A DNA stretch of 64,000 nt. It comes from the human T2T-CHM13v2.0 reference genome, Homo sapiens. Shown piece by piece: positions 56,370-64,000 of the stretch (the stretch's first letter is position 1; every line of letters starts with the position of its first letter). The translations under genes were made by a program, and so were the position numbers. Under the pieces are notes generated by a model. That model was not told where the DNA came from. It made no database searches and saw nothing but the letters and a program-made list of their open reading frames with translations. The stretch spans positions 29,632,001-29,696,000 of the forward strand of contig CP086569.2 of the NCBI GenBank assembly GCA_009914755.4. The letters are read 5' to 3'.

Positions 56370-59300
56370 ATGGAATCGAACCACAAGGAATGGACAGGAA
56401 TAGAATGGTCTCGAATTGAATGGAATCGTATGGAATGGCATCAAACGGAATGGAATGGACAGCCACGGAATGGAATGCACTCGAATGCAATGGAGTCGAA
56501 ACTAATGGACTGGAATAGAATGGACTCGACTGGTACGGACTCCAATGGAATGGAATCGAATGGAAGGGAATCGAACGGAATGGACTCGAAGGGAAAAGAC
56601 TGCAATGGAAAGGTCTCGAATGGAATGCAAATTAATGGAATGCAATGGAATCGAATGAAATGGAGTCAAAAGGAATGGAATCGAATGGCAAGAAATCGAA
56701 TGTAATGGAATCGCAAGGAATTGATGTGAACGGAACGGAATGGAATGGAATCCAAAGGAATGGAATAGAATGGAATGGAATCGAATGGAAAGGACTCGAA
56801 TGGAAATCACTCGAATAGAATGCAATTTAATAAAATAGGATCAAATGGAATGGAATGGAATGGAAAGGAATCGAAACGAAAGGAATGGAGACAGATGGAA
56901 TGGAATGGAACAGAGAGCAATGGTATAGAATGGAATGGAATCATCTGGAATGGAATTGAATGGAATGGAATAATATGAAATGGAATGGAATGGAATGGAA
57001 TGGAATGCCCTTGAATTAAATGGACTGGAATGGAATGGACTCGAACAGAGTGGAATGGAAAGTGTTGAGATAGAATGGAATGGACTCCTTTGGAATGGTG
57101 TAGTATGCAATGCAATCGACTGGCAGGGAATCAAAAGGAATGTAATCGAATGGATTGGACTGGAATGCAATGGACTCGAATAGATTGGAAACGGAATGCA
57201 AAGGAATGGAATGGAATAGTATGGAATGGAATGGAAAGGAATGGAGTGGAATAGACTAGAGTGGAATGGAATGGACTGGAAAGCAATGGACTGGAATGGA
57301 ACTTTCTTGAATGGACTGCAATCAAACGGAATGGAATGCAATGCAATCAAATGGCATGGAATAAAATAGAATGAAAGAGAATCAAATGGAATTGAATCGA
57401 ATGGAATCGAATGGATTGGAAAGGAATAGAATGGAATGGAATGGAATTGACTCAAATGGAATGGACTAGAATGGAATGGATTCGAATGGAAGGCAAAGGA
57501 ATGGAATCTATTGGAATGGACTGTAATGGAATGGAATGGAAGGGATTGGAATGGACTCGAATGGAATGGACTGCAATAGAAAGGATTCGAATGGAATGAA
57601 AAAGAATTGAATGGAATAGAACAGAATGGAATCAAATCGAATGAAATGGAATGGAATAGAAAGGAATGGAATGAAATGGAATGGAAAGGATTCGAATGGA
57701 ATGCAATCGAATGGAATGGAATCGAACGGAATGGAATAAAATGGAAGAAAACTGGCAAGAAATGGAATCGAAATGAATGGAGTGTTATGGAACGGACTCA
57801 AAAGGAATTGAATGTAATAGAATGGAGTGGAGTGGACTCGAATATAATGGACTGGAATGGAATGAAATCACATGGAATGGGAACGAATGGAATGGAATGG
57901 AAAGGAATGGAATCGAATGGAAAGGAATCGAATGGAAGGGAATGAAATTGAATCAACAGGAATGGAAGGGAATAGAATAGACGGTAATGGAATGGACTCG
58001 AATAGAATGGACACGAATGCTCAAATTGAATGGACTCGAATGGAATGGAAACGAAAGGAATGTCATCGAATGGAATTGAATCGATTGGAATGAAATCGCA
58101 TAGAATGGAGTGGAATCAAATGGAATTGAATCGAAAGGAAAGGAAGCGAATGGACTGAAATGAAATGGAATGGAATTGAATGGAAAGTAATGCAATGGAA
58201 TAGAATGGAACGAAATTTCACGGAATGGAATCAAACTGAATGGAATCAAATCAATGGAATCTAATCAAATGGAATGGAAAGGAATTGAATGGAGTAGATT
58301 GGATTGGATGGGATTGGAATGAAATGTACTGGAAAGGACTCGAATTTCATGAAACGGAATGGAATGAATTGGAACGGAATGGACTCGAATGGAATGGAAT
58401 GTCATGGAATGGCATCAAATGGAATGGCATCAAATGGAATGGAATCGAATGCAATGGAATGTTATGGAATGGAATGGAATGCATTGGAATGGAATGTCCT
58501 CTAATGGAATGGATTCGAGTGGAATGGAATCGAATATAATGGAGTCGAATGAAATGGAATTGAAAGGAATGGGATCGAATACAATGGAATATACTGGAAT
58601 GTAATGTAATGAACTCGAATGTAATTGACTGGAATAGAATGTACATGAATGGAATGTAATCGAATGGAAAGTAATCCAATGGAATAGAATCTAATGCAAT
58701 AAAACCGACTCAGATAGAGTAGAATGTAATGGAATGGAGTGCAGTGCAATGGAATGGAATGGAATGGAATGCAATGGAATGGAATGGAATGGAATGGAAT
58801 GGAATGGAATGGGATGGAATGGGATGGAATGGATAGTAATGGACTGGAGTGAAATGGACTGGAAAGGAATGGACTCAAATTGAAAGGGCTCGAAAGGAAT
58901 GGAGTCAAATGGAATGGTCTGGAATGGAATGAACACGAATGTAATGCAATCCAATAGAATGGAATCGAATGGCATGGAATATAAAGAAATGGAATCGAAG
59001 AGAATGGAAACAAATGGAATGGAATTGAATGGAATGGAATTGAATGGAATGGGAACGAATGGAGTGAAATTGTATGCAGTAGAAGAGAAAAGAGTGGAAT
59101 GCAAGCGAAAGGAAAGGAATGGATTGGAATGGAATGGAATTCATTGGAATGGAAGGGAATGTAGTGTAATGGACAGGCCTGGAATAAAGTGGAATGCTAC
59201 GGTCTCGAATGGAATAAAAATGTATGGAATGGAATGCAATGAAACGGAATCGAATGTCATAGAATGTAATGGAATGCAAAAAAATGGAATCCAAAATCAT

Positions 59301-59928
59301 TGACTGCAAAGGCTGGGTGTCGAAAGGAATTGACTCCAATGGAATGGAATCGAATGGAATGGAAGTGAATAGAATCGAACTAAATCGAATGGAATGGAAT
59401 TGATAGGAACGGAATGGAAAGGAATGCAATGATTTGGCATGGAATGGAATCGAATGGCATCGAATGGAATGGAATGGAATGCAATGGAATGGAATGTATT
59501 AGAATGTAATGAACTTTAATGGAATGTACTCGAATGGATTCGACTGGAATGGAATGTTCTGGAAGTGAATGGACTCCAATGGAATGGATTCCAAAGGAAT
59601 GGAATCGTACGGAATGGAATCTAATGGAATGGAATTAAATGGAAATGAATCAAATTGAGTAGCACGGAATTGAATTGAATGGAATGGAATGCAATGGAAT
59701 CTAATGAAACGGAAAGGAAAGGAATGGAATGGAATGGAATGGGCTGGAATGGAAAGGAATCGAAACGAATGGAATGGAATCGAACTGAAGAGACTGGAAT
59801 GGAATGCACTGGAATGGAAGGGAGTGTAATGGAAGGTTCTCGAAAAAAATGGAATCGAATGGAATGGAATTGAATGGAACGGAATAGAGTCGAATGGAAT
59901 TGAATGGAATGGAATGGACTAGAGTGAA
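56370..59928 (+). repeat. HOR copy 17 (3559 bp)
   Basis: Landmark recurrence at 56370 and 59929. Confidence 0.85.
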
Positions 59929-60540
59929 ATGGAATCGAACCACAAGGAATGGACAGGAATAGAATGGTCTCGAATTGAATGGAATCGTATGGAATGGCAT
60001 CAAACGGAATGGAATGGACAGCCACGGAATGGAATGCACTCGAATGCAATGGAGTCGAAACTAATGGACTGGAATAGAATGGACTCGACTGGTACGGACT
60101 CCAATGGAATGGAATCGAATGGAAGGGAATCGAACGGAATGGACTCGAAGGGAAAAGACTGCAATGGAAAGGTCTCGAATGGAATGGAAATTAATGGAAT
60201 GGAATGGAATCGAATGAAATGGAGTCAAAAGGAATGGAATCGAATGGCAAGAAATCGAATGTAATGGAATCGCAAGGAATTGATGTGAACGGAACGGAAT
60301 GGAATGGAATCCAAAGGAATGGAATAGAATGGAATGGAATCGAATGGAAAGGACTCGAATGGAAATCACTCGAATAGAATGCAATTTAATAAAATAGGAT
60401 CAAATGGAATGGAATGGAATGGAAAGGAATCGAAACGAAAGGAATGGAGACAGATGGAATGGAATGGAACAGAGAGCAATGGTATAGAATGGAATGGAAT
60501 CATCTGGAATGGAATTGAATGGAATGGAATAATATGAAAT

Positions 60541-60575
60541 GGAATGGAATGGAATGGAATGGAATGGAATGGAAT
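60541..60575 (+). repeat. Perfect (GGAAT)7 run at HOR offset ~+610, a position where other copies carry 3-6 pentamers
   Basis: The run follows aatatgaaat and precedes gcccttgaattaaatgg. Copy 1 has ~3 pentamers at 836-850, copy 5 ~5 at ~15011-15035, copy 14 ~7 at 46305-46340. Confidence 0.75.
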
Positions 60576-62088
60576 GCCCTTGAATTAAATGGACTGGAAT
60601 GGAATGGACTCGAACAGAGTGGAATGGAAAGTGTTGAGATAGAATGGAATGGACTCGTTTGGAATGGTGTAGTATGCAATGCAATCGACTGGCAGGGAAT
60701 CAAAAGGAATGTAATCGAATGGATTGGACTGGAATGCAATGGACTCGAATAGATTGGAAACGGAATGCAAAGGAATGGAATGGAATAGTATGGAATGGAA
60801 TGGAAAGGAATGGAGTGGAATAGACTAGAGTGGAATGGAATGGACTGGAAAGCAATGGACTGGAATGGAACTTTCTTGAATGGACTGGAATCAAACGGAA
60901 TGGAATGCAATGCAATCAAATGGCATGGAATAAAATAGAATGAAACAGAATCAAATGGAATTGAATCGAATGGAATCGAATGGATTGGAAAGGAATAGAA
61001 TGGAATGGAATGGAATTGACTCAAATGGAATGGACTAGAATGGAATGGATTCGAATGGAAGGCAAAGGAATGGAATCTATTGGAATGGACTGTAATGGAA
61101 TGGAATGGAAGGGATTGGAATGGACTCGAATGGAATGGACTGCAATAGAAAGGATTCGAATGGAATGAAAAAGAATTGAATGGAATAGAACAGAATGGAA
61201 TCAAATCGAATGAAATGGAATGGAATAGAAAGGAATGGAATGAAATGGAATGGAAAGGATTCGAATGGAATGCAATCGAATGGAATGGAATCGAACGGAA
61301 TGGAATAAAATGGAAGAAAACTGGCAAGAAATGGAATCGAAATGAATGGAGTGTTATGGAACGGACTCAAAAGGAATTGAATGTAATAGAATGGAGTGGA
61401 GTGGACTCGAATATAATGGACTGGAATGGAATGAAATCACATGGAATGGGAACGAATGGAATGGAATGGAAAGGAATGGAATCGAATGGAAAGGAATCGA
61501 ATGGAAGGGAATGAAATTGAATCAACAGGAATGGAAGGGAATAGAATAGACGGTAATGGAATGGACTCGAATAGAATGGACACGAATGCTCAAATTGAAT
61601 GGACTCGAATGGAATGGAAACGAAAGGAATGTCATCGAATGGAATTGAATCGATTGGAATGAAATCGCATAGAATGGAGTGGAATCAAATGGAATTGAAT
61701 CGAAAGGAAAGGAAGCGAATGGACTGAAATGAAATGGAATGGAATTGAATGGAAAGTAATGCAGTGGAATAGAATGGAACGAAATTTCACGGAATGGAAT
61801 CAAACTGAATGGAATCAAATCAATGGAATCTAATCAAATGGAATGGAAAGGAATTGAATGGAGTAGATTGGATTGGATGGGATTGGAATGAAATGTACTG
61901 GAAAGGACTCGAATTTCATGAAACGGAATGGAATGAATTGGAACGGAATGGACTCGAATGGAATGGAATGTCATGGAATGGCATCAAATGGAATGGCATC
62001 AAATGGAATGGAATCGAATGCAATGGAATGTTATGGAATGGAATGGAATGCATTGGAATGGAATGTCCTCTAATGGAATGGATTCGAG

Positions 62089-62104
62089 TGGAATGGAATC
62101 GAAT
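62089..62104 (+). other. Deletion junction of copy 18, inside a 16-bp direct homology tggaatggaatcgaat
   Basis: In intact units the same 16-mer occurs upstream (...gagtggaatggaatcgaat|ataatgg) and downstream (...caatggaatggaatcgaat|ggaatggaagtg). A single copy remains at 62089-62104. Confidence 0.75.
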
Positions 62105-62662
62105 GGAATGGAAGTGAATAGAATCGAACTAAATCGAATGGAATGGAATTGATAGGAACGGAATGGAAAGGAATGCGATGATTTGGCATGGAATGGAATC
62201 GAATGGCATCGAATTGAGTGGAATGGAATGCAATGGAATGGAATGTATTAGAATGTAATGAACTTTAATGGAATGTACTCGAATGGATTCGACTGGAATG
62301 GAATGTTCTGGAAGTGAATGGACTCCAATGGAATGGATTCAAAAGGAATGGAATCGTACGGAATGGAATCTAATGGAATGGAATTAAATGGAAGTGAATC
62401 AAATAGAATAGCACGGAATTGAATTGAATGGAATGGAATGCAATGGACTCTAATGAAACGGAAAGGAAAGGAATGGAATGGAATGGAAAGGAATCGAAAC
62501 GAATGGAATGGAATCGAACTGAAGAGACTGGAATGGAATGCACTGGAATGGAAGGGAGTGTAATGGAAGGTTCTCGAAAAAAATGGAATCGAATGGAATG
62601 GAATTGAATGGAACGGAATAGAGTCGAATGGAATTGAATGGAATGGAATGGACTAGAGTGAA

Positions 62663-64000
62663 ATGGAATCGAACCACAAGGAATGGACAGGAATAGAATG
62701 GTCTCGAATTGAATGGAATCGTATGGAATGGCATCAAACGGAATGGAATGGACAGCCACGGAATGGAATGCACTCGAATGCAATGGAGTCGAAACTAATG
62801 GACTGGAATAGAATGGACTCGACTGGTACGGACTCCAATGGAATGGAATGGAATGGAAGGGAATCGAACGGAATGGACTCGAAGGGAAAAGACTGCAATG
62901 GAAAGGTCTCGAATGGAATGGAAATTAATGGAATGCAATGGAATCGAATGAAATGGAGTCAAAAGGAATGGAATCGAATGGCAAGAAATCGAATGTAATG
63001 GAATCGCAAGGAATTGATGTGAACGGAACGGAATGGAATGGAATCCAAAGGAATGGAATAGAATGGAATGGAATCGAATGGAAAGGACTCGAATGGAAAT
63101 CACTCGAATAGAATGCAATTTAATAAAATAGGATCAAATGTAATGGAATGGAATGGAAAGGAATCGAAACGAAAGGAATGGAGACAGATGGAATGGAATG
63201 GAACAGAGAGCAATGGTATAGAATGGAATGGAATCATCTGGAATGGAATTGAATGGAATGGAATAATATGAAATGGAATGGAATGGAATGGAATGGAATG
63301 CCCTTGAATTAAATGGACTGGAATGGAATGCACTCGAACAGAGTGGAAAGGAAAGTGTTGAGATAGAATGGAATGGACTCCTTTGGAATGGTGTAGTATG
63401 CAATGCAATCGACTGGCAGGGAATCAAAAGGAATGTAATCGAATGGATTGGACTGGAATGCAATGGACTCGAATAGATTGGAAACGGAATGCAAAGGAAT
63501 GGAATGGAATAGTATGGAATGGAATGGAAAGGAATGGAGTGGAATAGACTAGAGTGGAATGGAATGGACTGGAAAGCAATGGACTGGAATGGAACTTTCT
63601 TGAATGGACTGGAATCAAACGGAATGGAATGCAATGCAATCAAATGGCATGGAATAAAATAGAATGAAAGAGAATCAAATGGAATTGAATCGAATGGAAT
63701 CGAATGGATTGGAAAGGAATAGAATGGAATGGAATGGAATTGACTCAAATGGAATGGACTAGAATGGAATTGATTCGAATGGAAGGCAAAGGAATGGAAT
63801 CTATTGGAATGGACTGTAATGGAATGGAATGGAAGGGATTGGAATGGACTCGAATGGAATGGACTGCAATAGAAAGGATTCGAATGGAATGAAAAAGAAT
63901 TGAATGGAATAGAACAGAATGGAATCAAATCGAATGAAATGGAATGGAATAGAAAGGAATGGAATGAAATGGAATGGAAAGGATTCGAATGGAATGCAAT
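62663..64000 (+). repeat. Partial HOR copy 19 (first 1338 bp, cut by the window end)
   Basis: It starts with the landmark at 62663 and is colinear with the 5' portions of the other copies. Confidence 0.85.

Larger units (their letters stand above)
59929..62662 (+). repeat. HOR copy 18, a deletion variant (2734 bp). About 820 bp are missing, from HOR offset ~+2165 to ~+2985.
   Basis: The unit spans only 2734 bp. The sequence ...ctaatggaatggattcgagtggaatggaatcgaat is followed directly by ggaatggaagtgaatagaatcgaactaaatcg. In intact copy 17 these two are separated by ~820 bp (58535 to 59355). Confidence 0.85.
1..64000 (+). repeat. Continuous (GGAAT)n-derived satellite array, HSat3-type, organised as a ~3.55-kb higher-order repeat (18 full and 2 partial copies). 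Unit length and restriction-site pattern are consistent with human Yq12 DYZ1.
   Basis: GGAAT and its one-base variants (GGAAA, GGAAC, CGAAT, GCAAT, GGACT and others) account for essentially every base of the + strand. Landmark strings such as atggaatcgaaccacaaggaatggacagg recur at 220, 3773, 7327, 10851, 14400, 17969, 21508, 25057, 28600, 32159, 35023, 38572, 42134, 45693, 49262, 52826, 56370, 59929 and 62663. There is strong strand asymmetry: G is abundant and C rare on +. No non-satellite insertion is visible. The DYZ1 assignment rests on the 3.56-kb period and one GGCC per unit; that part is recalled knowledge, not a search. Confidence 0.93.

Noticed and set aside
1-64000. CRISPR-like or other defence-system regularity suggested by strictly periodic repeats
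   Set aside because: There are no unique spacers between repeats and no prokaryotic hallmarks. The periodicities are 5 bp and ~3.55 kb, characteristic of eukaryotic pericentromeric or heterochromatic satellite. The task hint of a novel system is not supported by anything in the sequence.
1-64000. Possible inversion, strand switch or transposon insertion (Alu/L1) interrupting the array
   Set aside because: I scanned for any stretch where ATTCC appears on the + strand or where pentamer periodicity is lost for more than ~60 bp. I found none. All departures from GGAAT are short, conserved HOR islands present in every copy.

Overview
The whole 64-kb window is one uninterrupted tandem satellite array built from the pentamer GGAAT (ATTCC on the minus strand), i.e. 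human satellite III (HSat3)-type DNA. There are no credible protein-coding genes, RNA genes, transposons or CRISPR arrays in it. The array is organised as a ~3.55-kb higher-order repeat (HOR). I count 18 complete copies plus a partial copy at each end. All copies have the same orientation and look roughly 98-99% identical to each other. The array runs off both window edges, so it is longer than 64 kb. The unit length of 3524-3569 bp (mode ~3549-3564), the almost pure TTCCA/GGAAT composition and the single GGCC (HaeIII) and single GAATTC (EcoRI) site per unit all fit the classical 3.56-kb DYZ1 repeat of human Yq12. That assignment is an inference from memory of the literature, not an alignment. 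The six-frame ORF track is an artefact. A pure GGAAT run has no stop codon in any frame on either strand, and because 5 and 3 are coprime every frame reads the same codon cycle: GGA-ATG-GAA-TGG-AAT gives G-M-E-W-N on plus and ATT-CCA-TTC-CAT-TCC gives I-P-F-H-S on minus. So the 'MEWNGMEWNG...' and 'IPFHSIPFHS...' ORFs repeat with the HOR period and are not genes. I see no previously undescribed coding or defence system here and I do not want to manufacture one. What is worth a second look is structural. Two HOR copies carry independent, overlapping 0.7-0.8-kb internal deletions flanked by short direct homology. Adjacent copies are near-identical, and there are multi-unit blocks sharing derived indels. 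Variants are shared mosaically between non-adjacent copies, which suggests gene conversion or unequal exchange. The number of GGAAT pentamers varies at fixed HOR positions. A few non-pentameric islands are conserved in every copy.
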